Source: Crocinitomicaceae bacterium
GTDB taxonomy: Bacteria; Bacteroidota; Bacteroidia; Flavobacteriales_D; Crocinitomicaceae
DNA: 64,000 nucleotides
Direction of reading: 5' to 3'
Assembly: GCA_044348645.1 (NCBI GenBank)
Contig: JBIKSL010000011.1
Span: 1,297-65,296, forward strand
Under the pieces are notes generated by a model. The model was given only the letters and a program-made list of their open reading frames with translations. It did no database searches and was not told where the DNA came from. Of this stretch, positions 27,183-36,407 are shown in pieces. Numbering within the stretch: position 1 is the first letter of the stretch; each line of letters opens with the position of its first letter. The position numbers and the translations under genes are program-made.

Positions 27183-29369
27183 TTAACGAGTGAAAAGCAA
27201 CTCTCTAAACTTAGGTAAAGGCCACAACTCATCATCAACGATTAATTCAAGTTTATCTGCATGATATCTTATTTCTTCAAAATAAGACTTCACCTTATCG
27301 CAATAAGCTAGTGCTTTTGCTTCCGCATCTTCAATTTTATTTGCTCGTTTTCTTTCTTCCAACATCGCATCCGAGGATGATTTCATTTTATTGAGGTGAA
27401 GTGATATTTTTTGAATGAGTTCAATTTGTGCTTTAGCTGCTTCTTTGCCAGCTTTTTCTCCTAAAACAGAAGTAAGACCTTGAACATTTGATATCAGCTT
27501 ATTCTGATATTCAATGACTGCAGGTATGAAATGATTTTGAGTTAAGTCGCCCATAACTCGGGATTCAATTTGAATTTTTAATACATAATTTTCAAATTCT
27601 ATTTCTCTTCTTGCCTCTAATTCGCGCTCAGAAAGAACACCCATTTCTTCAAAAAGCTTGACTACTTTTTTATCATGCCAAACTTTCAAGGCGCGAGGCG
27701 TATCTTTTAAATTTGATAATCCACGTTTTTCGGCTTCAATTACCCATTCATCACCATACCCATTACCTTCAAAACGAATTTTTTTTGATTGTTTAATTAG
27801 AGATTGAAGCTCCTTTAAAATGGCCTCGTCTTTTGATTCTCCTTTTTCAATTCGCACATCTACTGATTTCTTAAACTCTTTTAGTTGCTTTGCCATAATT
27901 GTATTGAGCACAATCATCGCAGAGCCGCAATTTGCGGTCGAACCAACAGCTCGAAACTCGAATTTATTTCCTGTAAATGCAAACGGGGAAGTTCTATTTC
28001 TATCCGTATTATCCAATAAAATTTGAGGTATTTTACCAATATTCAATTTTAATTCTGTTTTGTCTTGAGGGGTCATTTTTCCGGCTTTGATGTTTTTTTC
28101 TAAATCATCTAAAACGGACGAAAGCTGAGACCCAATAAATGTCGAAATTATAGCAGGAGGAGCCTCATTTGCGCCTAACCGATGATCATTTCCGGCAGAG
28201 GCAATACAAGCACGAAGTAAATCTGCGTTATCGTGAATTGCCTTAATAGTATTCACAAAGAAGGTTAAAAATTGTAAATTAGTCTTTGGATTTTTCCCAG
28301 GTGCCAAAAGATTAACCCCTGTGTCGGTGCTCAAAGACCAGTTATTATGCTTTCCAGAACCATTCACTCCCGCAAAAGGTTTTTCATGAAGAAGTACTCT
28401 GAAATCGTGCTTGCGCGCAATTTTCTCCATTACATCCATAAGCAATAAATTATGGTCGTTAGCTAGATTACATTCTTCAAAAATTGGAGCGCATTCAAAT
28501 TGATTTGGAGCAACTTCATTATGACGCGTGGTTACTGGTATACCCAATTTTATTGACTCCACCTCAAACTCTCTCATGAACGCATTAACTCGCTCAGGAA
28601 TAGATCCAAAATAATGATCTTCCAACTGTTGGCCTTTTGCAGGAGCATGACCAAAGAGCGCTCTTCCTGTTAGCATTAAATCAGGTCGTGCATTGAATAA
28701 AGCTTGATCGATAAGAAAATACTCTTGTTCCCAACCAAGTGTTGCGTTTACCTTGGTAACATTTTTATCAAAATACTGGCAAACATCAACTGCAGCTATA
28801 TCTACTGCATTTAAAGCTTTAAGCAAAGGCATTTTATAATCCAACGATTCTCCTGTGTAAGAAATAAAAATGGTTGGAATACATAGTGTCTTACCAATCA
28901 AAAATGCTGGTGACGATGGATCCCATGCGGTGTATCCTCTTGCTTCAAAAGTATTTCTAATTCCTCCGTTTGGAAAAGATGATGCATCCGGTTCTTGTTG
29001 AACCAACATGTCGCCATCAAATCGTTCAATTGCTTTTCCAGGAGCAATCGGTTTGAAAAATGCATCATGTTTCTCAGCGGTTGCTCCAGTGAGTGGTTGA
29101 AACCAATGCGTATAATGAGTTGCTCCTTTGGAAATAGCCCAATCTTTCATGGATGAAGCAACTTGATTCGCATTTTTTCTATCCAAGCGTGTTCCGTTCG
29201 TTACAGCCTCCAACATGGATTTATAAGTTTCTGATGGTAAATACTCCCTCATAACATCCATGTGAAAAACGTTTTGACCAAATAAATCCGATAGCTTTCC
29301 ATTAAAATCAATGTGTTTTGGTTCACGATTTAAAACGTCTTGATATGCTTTCAATCTTTTTGTTGCCAT
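27183..29369 (-). CDS. glnN: Glutamine synthetase type III
   Basis: The 728-aa length is characteristic of GSIII. The N-terminus LSDLFGQNVFHMDVMREYLP and the catalytic region NGSGKHNNWS...DHRLGANEAPPAI fit the family. Confidence 0.93.
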   Translation of the reverse strand: MATKRLKAYQDVLNREPKHIDFNGKLSDLFGQNVFHMDVMREYLPSETYKSMLEAVTNGTRLDRKNANQVASSMKDWAISKGATHYTHWFQPLTGATAEKHDAFFKPIAPGKAIERFDGDMLVQQEPDASSFPNGGIRNTFEARGYTAWDPSSPAFLIGKTLCIPTIFISYTGESLDYKMPLLKALNAVDIAAVDVCQYFDKNVTKVNATLGWEQEYFLIDQALFNARPDLMLTGRALFGHAPAKGQQLEDHYFGSIPERVNAFMREFEVESIKLGIPVTTRHNEVAPNQFECAPIFEECNLANDHNLLLMDVMEKIARKHDFRVLLHEKPFAGVNGSGKHNNWSLSTDTGVNLLAPGKNPKTNLQFLTFFVNTIKAIHDNADLLRACIASAGNDHRLGANEAPPAIISTFIGSQLSSVLDDLEKNIKAGKMTPQDKTELKLNIGKIPQILLDNTDRNRTSPFAFTGNKFEFRAVGSTANCGSAMIVLNTIMAKQLKEFKKSVDVRIEKGESKDEAILKELQSLIKQSKKIRFEGNGYGDEWVIEAEKRGLSNLKDTPRALKVWHDKKVVKLFEEMGVLSERELEARREIEFENYVLKIQIESRVMGDLTQNHFIPAVIEYQNKLISNVQGLTSVLGEKAGKEAAKAQIELIQKISLHLNKMKSSSDAMLEERKRANKIEDAEAKALAYCDKVKSYFEEIRYHADKLELIVDDELWPLPKFRELLFTR

Positions 29370-29385
29370 ATTTTATTTTTTTTTG

Positions 29386-29393
29386 CAAAGATA
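29386..29393 (-). promoter_or_regulatory. Bacteroidota-type -7 promoter box (TATCTTTG) for glnN
   Basis: This is an exact TAnnTTTG match with 16 nt between the box and the glnN ATG, which implies a very short leader. Confidence 0.5.
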
Positions 29394-30085
29394 TATTTTT
29401 TTAGGGTGCATGAATGACTTTATCATCAATTTATTCAATTGACCCCCTCAGATTTTCAGTAGTTTCTGTATTTATTTCGAATTTTTATTAAATGTTATTT
29501 GATTTTTTATAATTTACTCCAAAAGTTCACCTTCATTTCTGCTTGAAATATTCAAGGCAAGTATTTTAGATTTTGAAATGGATATTTCATATTTCTCGCA
29601 AGTGTTATTGTGCAATAAACCTAATGGCATAAAATTATTCTATTGCACAGGTTCTGCTGACCACGTTAGTAGCAGCGGAGCTAAACCATCATAAACAAGA
29701 ACTAAATTAAAATATAACAAATTGAATTAGAGCAATATATCTCAATAATTTAACTTTCAAGTAGAAGGTTTTAGAGCTGATTTCTTAAAATAAACGTAAG
29801 TCATGATTGTCGAAATATTATTTTGATAACCAGGAAAGAATCATCTTCTTTATTGTCAATACATTAGCATATATTGGAATACATCTTAAAAGATTTTATC
29901 GCGAATCTTATTCATTTCTGACTTAATTGCTTCGCTACAGCTTATGGACTATTCCAAACACAATAAAAATAAAATCGTATTCATCTGAAAAAAATCAGAC
30001 TAAAGTAGCGCAGGAAATTAAAATCATTCATCTTTATTTTACAACTACCACGGCGATTGGATAAGTAATTTTGATTTAGATTTTA

Positions 30086-31141
30086 ATGATAAATATGATG
30101 AAAATGAAAACACGTTTTAAAGTTTGCTTGTTAGCTTTTTTCTTTCTTACGACTGAAGCTTTGATTTCTCAAGAAAATCCAATCGATACTAATACTTACG
30201 TAATTATTAAAAATAACGGAGTAGAATATATCGGTAAAGTATTAAAGGATGATGGTAGAGAAATTCTTATTGAAACCCAAACTCTTGGAAAAATTTACAT
30301 TACCAAATCAGAAATCAAGTCAATCACCTTGGTTTCTTCTCGTGAGGAATTGATATTTGGAGAATACAGAGCACAAGGGCCGTTTACAACTAGGTATCAA
30401 TTCACAACAAATGCGTTTTCAATAAAACGAGGAGAAAACTATGCTCTAGTTAATCTCTATGGCCCCGAGGTTCATTTTTCGTTATCTGATCGTTTTTCAT
30501 TGGGAGTAATGACTACTTGGATTGCTAGTCCATTTGTTTTGGCTGCAAAATATGCCTTTAAATCAAAATTTGAGAAATGGAATTTTGCCTTGGGTTCAAT
30601 GCTCGGAACAACTGGATATTTAGCTAATTTTAAGGGCTTTGGAGGTTTACATTGGGGTGTTTTAACTTATGGAGACAGAATGAATAACATTTCAATTTCG
30701 GCAGGTTATGGATATTTAAAACCTGGAACAAAAGAGACGATTGAACGCGAAGGAGTCTATGTTGAGCCAAATTATCCAATAACTTTTGAACGTATGATTC
30801 CTCTTCGTAAAGCACCATTAATATCTCTTGCAGGAATATTTAAAGTTGGAAGCAAAGCAAGTTTTTTCTTTGATTCGATGGTTTTATTTAGTAATCAGAG
30901 GGAAATTCGCTCTACCATTGTTGGCGGTTTTGACCCATCTACTCAAATATACGAACCAATGGTAAATACAATCTATGAAGAAAGAATTTTCAGAACATCC
31001 TTTTATTTAATGCCTGGAATGCGTTTTCAAAAAAATGAGAATAGAGCGTTTCAAATTGCGCTAGCCGGAATTGCCTCTTTCGACAAATACGAATCAAACT
31101 CTGTTCCAATCCCAATGTGCAGTTGGTTTTTTAAATTTTAA
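30086..31141 (+). CDS. Hypothetical outer-membrane beta-barrel-like protein
   Basis: The 351-aa product has the signal peptide MKTRFKVCLLAFFFLTTEALISQ. It shows alternating hydrophobic patterning and ends in WFFKF, with the terminal aromatic residue typical of OMPs. Which of the clustered ATGs (30086..30104) is the true start is uncertain. Confidence 0.5.
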   Translation: MINMMKMKTRFKVCLLAFFFLTTEALISQENPIDTNTYVIIKNNGVEYIGKVLKDDGREILIETQTLGKIYITKSEIKSITLVSSREELIFGEYRAQGPFTTRYQFTTNAFSIKRGENYALVNLYGPEVHFSLSDRFSLGVMTTWIASPFVLAAKYAFKSKFEKWNFALGSMLGTTGYLANFKGFGGLHWGVLTYGDRMNNISISAGYGYLKPGTKETIEREGVYVEPNYPITFERMIPLRKAPLISLAGIFKVGSKASFFFDSMVLFSNQREIRSTIVGGFDPSTQIYEPMVNTIYEERIFRTSFYLMPGMRFQKNENRAFQIALAGIASFDKYESNSVPIPMCSWFFKF

Positions 31142-31276
31142 CATTATTTAAGCCAAAATAAAGCATAATATACCGCTTGAAACTACCTCAAAATCTGATA
31201 TGACAATTGTATTTTCGATTCGACTACAGCAGTGGCAATTCCAAAATCTCAATTATTTGCTGAATTCTAAATTGAA

Positions 31277-32347
31277 CTAAACCTTAAAATTCCATCCAAA
31301 TTGATCTTCGATTCTGTCTGTTTTAACATCATCTATGTAGCTCTTTATCTTGTTCGACAAAGTTCTGGTCTCGAATGCTGATAATTCAAAAATTTCATCT
31401 CGGTATCCGATTACAGCAATTTGAGCGATTGTAGCTGCCGTACCTGCACCAAAGGCGTCTTCAAGAGTACCATTTTTTGCAGCAGAAATAATTTCCTCAA
31501 CGGAAACTTTACGTTCTTCAACTTCAATTCCCCATTTTATGGCTAAATCCAAAACTGACCTTTTCGTTATACCACGTAAAATTGTATCAGATTCCTCTGT
31601 TGGTGTAATCAACTTACCACCAATTTGAAAAACAATGTTCATTGTTCCGGATTCCTCAATGTACTTGTGCTCTTTCGCATCAGTCCAAACTAATTGGTGA
31701 AAGCCTTGCATTTGAGCTTGTCTGGCAGGAAAAAGAGACGCAGCATAGTTTCCGGCCGCTTTGACCCTCCCTACTCCACCTATTGCAGCACGCGTGTAGT
31801 GTTCCTCAATTTTCACACGAACCGGATCTGAATAATACATTCCAACAGGAGATGTAATAATAATGAATTTGTATGATTCAGATGGTTTTATTCCAACCAA
31901 TTCATCAGTCGCAAAAAGAAAAGGACGGATGTAAAGCGAATAACCCAATCGGTTTGTAACCCAATTTGAATCTATTTCTACTAGTTTTCGAACAGCTTCA
32001 ACAAAAACCTCTTCGTCAACAGGTGGCATGCACATTCGTTTTGCAGACTCAGCAAAACGTTTAGCATTCATATCTGGGCGAAAAACATTAATTTCATCAC
32101 CTACAGTGCGATAAGCTTTCAAACCCTCAAAAATCGATTGCCCGTAATGAATGGCCGACATTGCGGGATGCATCGCAATATTCTGAAAAGGAAGAATTTT
32201 TCCCTGTTGCCATTTACCGTTTGAGTATTCCATGAAAAACATGTGATCAGAAAACACTTTTCCAAAAGGTAAATTATCCCAATCGACAGTTTCTATTTTT
32301 GAAGTTTTTGATCTTTGAACAGTGAAATTTATCGAAGAAACAGACAT
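31277..32347 (-). CDS. ilvE: Branched-chain amino acid aminotransferase
   Basis: The 356-aa class IV aminotransferase carries FEGLKAYR and GGVGRVKAAGNYAASL. It also carries the EESGTMNIF-like motif (EESGTMNIVF). Confidence 0.92.
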   Translation of the reverse strand: MSVSSINFTVQRSKTSKIETVDWDNLPFGKVFSDHMFFMEYSNGKWQQGKILPFQNIAMHPAMSAIHYGQSIFEGLKAYRTVGDEINVFRPDMNAKRFAESAKRMCMPPVDEEVFVEAVRKLVEIDSNWVTNRLGYSLYIRPFLFATDELVGIKPSESYKFIIITSPVGMYYSDPVRVKIEEHYTRAAIGGVGRVKAAGNYAASLFPARQAQMQGFHQLVWTDAKEHKYIEESGTMNIVFQIGGKLITPTEESDTILRGITKRSVLDLAIKWGIEVEERKVSVEEIISAAKNGTLEDAFGAGTAATIAQIAVIGYRDEIFELSAFETRTLSNKIKSYIDDVKTDRIEDQFGWNFKV

Positions 32348-32384
32348 CTATTTTGATTTGTGGTGCGAATATAAGGTTTCTCAA

Positions 32385-34403
32385 TCAGCTGAACAACAAT
32401 TTTTTTTCTAGTTTGAGAAATACAGCACCATTTTTCAATGATTTTTCACCGTCAATCCATGGCATGAAAATTACATTTCTTGAATTAGAATTGATTGATT
32501 TTTCGGAATGTATGAATTTATAATTTTCAGTTTTATGACCATTGATTCTTAATACAAAATCACTCTTAACTTTTTCAAGCTTGATCAATTTATTACACAA
32601 CGAAAGGTTAATTTTTTTGTTTTTGATTGAAAGATATCTAATTTCTCCTGGAAAACATTTGATATAACTTTCCGCTACGAATTTAATTTTATCCTCATTT
32701 TTAGTTTCATCATTGTAGAGACAAAAAACTTTATTATTACTTTTAATAATAATCGTTAATTTATTGTTATTCAATATACAAACATGATTTTCTCTTAATG
32801 AATTCCAACGCCAAAGAATAATCGCAACCAACGATATAGAAAAAGCAACGGCTGTAATTTTCCAACCAAGTATATTTGGAGCGAGTTTTACCAGCAAAAA
32901 CGTAAGAAAAGAAATAATCGGAACAAGTACAAATGGCAAGTTAAATCCATAGGCGACAGCTCCTGGCAAATGTTCCACCCATTGAATAAACCAAAGCATA
33001 CCCGCAATTGATATCATCAAAAGAAAACCAGTCAATTTGCCTATCAGTGGAATAAAGTGCAAGGCAAACAAGGCAATCCCAAGACCTAACACCAATCCCG
33101 AAACAACCATTAATCCCAAATTGGCGACCGCGAAATAATTCGGGAATTGATGGAAATAGTAAAGTGTTAGCGGAACGGTCATGCATTGCGCTGCGAAACC
33201 AACTGCTGTTCCTTGCCAAAAGTATCGAATGATTTTATTTTTTGGCTGATACCAACTTTCGATGGGGCGATACAAAGTATATATTCCCACCATTGCGAGG
33301 TAAGAGAGTTGAAATCCAATGTCGAACAAATACATGGGTTGAAAAAGTAAAAGCACAAATGCCGAAAAGAATAAACTATTGATATTATTTTGCTCTTTCC
33401 CGAAAAATTGCGCCAACACCAAAATTGTAAACATAAAAATGGAACGGATTACGCTCGGTGAAAATCCAGTTAGAATTGAATAAATCCACAGAAGAATTAG
33501 AATTGATAAGACGGCTTTTTTTCTAGAAATGAATTTGGAGAAAAACTTGGTAACTTCCATCAGAATTTGAAGTATCAATCCGATGTGTAATCCTGAAACC
33601 GCCAAAACATGCATCGCACCAGTAGCAGAAAAGGAATTTTTCGTTTCACTATCCAGCATCGATTTATCGCCCAAAATGATTGCCTTTGCAACTGCAAGGT
33701 TCTCGCCATCCAAATGACTTTCAAGCATTATATTGAATGAAGTTTGTAGTGAATGAATAAAATCCTGAAAATACGTTCTCTCCATTCGATCCAGTAATTT
33801 GAAACTGTTTTCATCGATAAAACTCATAGTTCGAATTCCCTTCGTTTTCCAAAAAAGCTCCATATCAAATTCACCTGGATTTCCTTTGTTCTCAATTGGA
33901 ATCAAATCGGATTGGACCAATAGGTAATCATTCACATCAAACACTGAATTCGATTGACAATAGAAAACGATTCGTTCGTTCCTTTTCCTTTTTTCTTCGT
34001 CATTAAGTAATGTTATTTCCCCAATCCCCTTCGACCAACCTTCCTTTTTAGGTTGAAATTCTGTCACTTTCATTTTGAAATTCGATGATTTCTCAAATTC
34101 TTCAAGTTGGAAGGAGTCCGAACAAAATAGGAAAATGGTGAGGTAACCCAGAAAGAAAAAGAGTGAAGCCAAACTCATAAGAAAACTACATTTTTGTAGT
34201 TGTCCTTTGAAATTCAAGTAAGTAAGAAAGGTAATAATTGAAAAAGCAAAAGAGCCATAAAGAATATCTTTCGAAAGAAATGAATTACCGAATATTATTC
34301 CAAGGGCCTGCAAAATGAACAAATACAAAAAAGGCTGCTTTTGAAAAACAGGAACAAATTCAACAATACTCGAATTATTTCCGAATGAATTTCCCATTTT
34401 CAT
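32385..34403 (-). CDS. comEC: ComEC/Rec2 family DNA internalisation channel protein (no metallo-beta-lactamase domain)
   Basis: The 672-aa product has an N-terminal TM/OB region. The polytopic competence domain carries SATGAMHVLAVSGLHIG. The C-terminal region of about 130 aa lacks an HxHxDH motif. Confidence 0.85.
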   Translation of the reverse strand: MKMGNSFGNNSSIVEFVPVFQKQPFLYLFILQALGIIFGNSFLSKDILYGSFAFSIITFLTYLNFKGQLQKCSFLMSLASLFFFLGYLTIFLFCSDSFQLEEFEKSSNFKMKVTEFQPKKEGWSKGIGEITLLNDEEKRKRNERIVFYCQSNSVFDVNDYLLVQSDLIPIENKGNPGEFDMELFWKTKGIRTMSFIDENSFKLLDRMERTYFQDFIHSLQTSFNIMLESHLDGENLAVAKAIILGDKSMLDSETKNSFSATGAMHVLAVSGLHIGLILQILMEVTKFFSKFISRKKAVLSILILLWIYSILTGFSPSVIRSIFMFTILVLAQFFGKEQNNINSLFFSAFVLLLFQPMYLFDIGFQLSYLAMVGIYTLYRPIESWYQPKNKIIRYFWQGTAVGFAAQCMTVPLTLYYFHQFPNYFAVANLGLMVVSGLVLGLGIALFALHFIPLIGKLTGFLLMISIAGMLWFIQWVEHLPGAVAYGFNLPFVLVPIISFLTFLLVKLAPNILGWKITAVAFSISLVAIILWRWNSLRENHVCILNNNKLTIIIKSNNKVFCLYNDETKNEDKIKFVAESYIKCFPGEIRYLSIKNKKINLSLCNKLIKLEKVKSDFVLRINGHKTENYKFIHSEKSINSNSRNVIFMPWIDGEKSLKNGAVFLKLEKKLLFS

Positions 34404-36246
34404 ACTTGATTTTTTCCTCTAAGTAAATTTTTCGAAGAATTTTCTTTAAATCATGTTCATTAACCTGAAAGGCATCGCACAATTCGAAAATACTTTTCCA
34501 ATCATTAAGATATTCCAACAAGTTGACCTCATTTAATTCATTTTTCTGATTTTGTTTCAAGCAAACGTCACATTTTCCGCACGACTCGGATTGCTGTCCG
34601 AAATAGGCGATTACTTGTTGTGCTCGACATTGATTTAATTCTACGAAATCAATGATTTTATTCAGTTTATCCATTGCGTTTTGTCGCCGTTCAAGATAAA
34701 TACTTGGATTCAACGAAAAATAGTCGTCAGGCAATCGTTCTTGAACGAAAGTCACTGTTGGTAATGAATTTCTCCAAGTAACTTCAATAATTCCAAATTT
34801 TTCAAGCGCTTTTAAATTTTCCTCTAATTCTGAGAGAGAAATGGATAAACGCTTGGAAATTTCATTTTCATGGATATTTTGAAACGTATCAAAAATACCA
34901 GAATACGACCTCGTTAAAAGTGAGGTTAATTGATAATATTTTTCGTGTTGAATTTGAAAATTGTAAAGTTGAACATTATCGACTAGAAAAAGCACTTTCG
35001 TCGGTTGAAATACGGATTCGGAAAAGACCAAATTCTCATTCAATTCCAAAATTTTCAATGAATGATAAGTCTCCGTGTAATCAAGTTGGTATTGCTTACA
35101 AAACACCTTTAAATCAATTGGGTATGTTTCATCTTTTCCCGATCCAATGGCAATTTTCAGATAATTACAAATAGCTCGATAGGTGTCTTTGATTCTTGCT
35201 TTTTCAGGATATTTTTCAGAAATGGAATCCTTTAAGTTTTCAATGTCATTTTTCTCCACGTAAGCTATTGCAACCGATTCTTTGCCGTCCCTGCCGCCTC
35301 GTCCAGCTTCCTGAAAATAGGCTTCGAGTGAAAGTGGAATTTCATAATGCAACACAAAGCGAACGTTGGGTTTATCGATTCCCATTCCGAAAGCGTTGGT
35401 TGCAACCATAATTTTAATTTCTTCGTTCAGCCAACTTTGCAACATTAAACTTCGCTCCGAACTATTCAATCCGCCGTGATAAATGCCACAATTGATTTTG
35501 TTTACGATTAAAACTTTAGCGAGAGCTTTAACGCTTTTTCTTGTTTGACAATAAATGATTCCAACATCATTGTGCTCGCGGCAGTATGTCAGGATTCGTT
35601 CTAGTTTGTTAGCAGTTTTTAATACTTTATATGCTAAATTCTCACGTTTGAACGATGCTTCGTGAATTCTAGTTTTCTTGAGTTTGAGTTGATTAATGAT
35701 GTCTTCTCTAACTTTTTCAGTAGCTGTTGCCGTTAGTGCAAGTATTGGAGTTAACGGATGAAATTCTCTCAGTTTATGAATTTGTTGGAATAAAGGTCGA
35801 AAGTCGTGTCCCCATTCGGAAATACAATGCGCTTCATCGACTACAATCAAGCCGAGATTCATCAATTTAAATCGTTCGATAAATAGTTTGGATTGAATGC
35901 GTTCGGGTGAAGTGTACAAAAAATCAAGTCCGCCGAATCTTGCATTATCCAAGATGATGTCAATTTCACGAAAACTCATTCCACTTGTGATTGCCTTGGC
36001 TCGAATTCCAATTTTTTCTAAATTTTGAACTTGATCTTGCATCAACGCGATTAAAGGGGAAATCACAATCGTAATTCCTTCTCTTGCCAAACCAGGAACT
36101 TGAAAACAAATTGATTTCCCTCCTCCCGTTGGAAGCAAAGCCAACACATCAAAGCCATTTATGGCGTCATCGACAATTTCCTCCTGCATAGGTCGAAAGT
36201 GCTCATAACCCCAATATTTTTGCAATATGTCGCGACTGATTTTCAA
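34375..36246 (-). CDS. recQ: RecQ family ATP-dependent DNA helicase
   Basis: The 623-aa product carries LPTGGGKS (motif I) and DEAHCISEWGHDFRP (DEAH box). It also carries TATA, VATNAFGMGIDKP and QEAGRGGRDG. The zinc-binding cluster is CRAQ...CGKCDVC. Confidence 0.9.
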   Translation of the reverse strand: MKISRDILQKYWGYEHFRPMQEEIVDDAINGFDVLALLPTGGGKSICFQVPGLAREGITIVISPLIALMQDQVQNLEKIGIRAKAITSGMSFREIDIILDNARFGGLDFLYTSPERIQSKLFIERFKLMNLGLIVVDEAHCISEWGHDFRPLFQQIHKLREFHPLTPILALTATATEKVREDIINQLKLKKTRIHEASFKRENLAYKVLKTANKLERILTYCREHNDVGIIYCQTRKSVKALAKVLIVNKINCGIYHGGLNSSERSLMLQSWLNEEIKIMVATNAFGMGIDKPNVRFVLHYEIPLSLEAYFQEAGRGGRDGKESVAIAYVEKNDIENLKDSISEKYPEKARIKDTYRAICNYLKIAIGSGKDETYPIDLKVFCKQYQLDYTETYHSLKILELNENLVFSESVFQPTKVLFLVDNVQLYNFQIQHEKYYQLTSLLTRSYSGIFDTFQNIHENEISKRLSISLSELEENLKALEKFGIIEVTWRNSLPTVTFVQERLPDDYFSLNPSIYLERRQNAMDKLNKIIDFVELNQCRAQQVIAYFGQQSESCGKCDVCLKQNQKNELNEVNLLEYLNDWKSIFELCDAFQVNEHDLKKILRKIYLEEKIKYENGKFIRK

Positions 36247-36407
36247 ATTTTCGTAAAACTTAGCAAAGGTAATAGAATAGCAAAAATTATCCGTTTATGA
36301 TTTTTAGGGGAAATTTATTCAAAAATCACCTTAAATTGTGTAATTTTGCACACTACAACCAATGTGACTTTGTGAGTCACGTTGGCGAAGCTATTCAAAA
36401 CTTTTTA

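Noticed and set aside
29370-29420. I looked for a glutamine-sensing (glnA-type) riboswitch in the glnN leader.
   Set aside because: A consensus -7 promoter box sits only 16 nt from the ATG. That leaves no room for a structured leader, and I saw no riboswitch-like conserved core.
29578-29694. A 38-aa ORF (MDISYFSQVLLCNKPNGIKLFYCTGSADHVSSSGAKPS) covers the double-hairpin segment.
   Set aside because: It is short, has no recognisable peptide family, and overlaps sequence that is better explained as RNA or DNA secondary structure. I kept it only as an alternative explanation in the corresponding finding.
29768-29793. GTTTTAGAGCT...TTAAAATAA resembles the start of the type II-A Cas9 CRISPR repeat and the sgRNA scaffold. 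It can form a bulged hairpin.
   Set aside because: It is a single copy with no repeat-spacer periodicity. There are no cas genes in the window. Both words are AT-rich and short enough to occur by chance.
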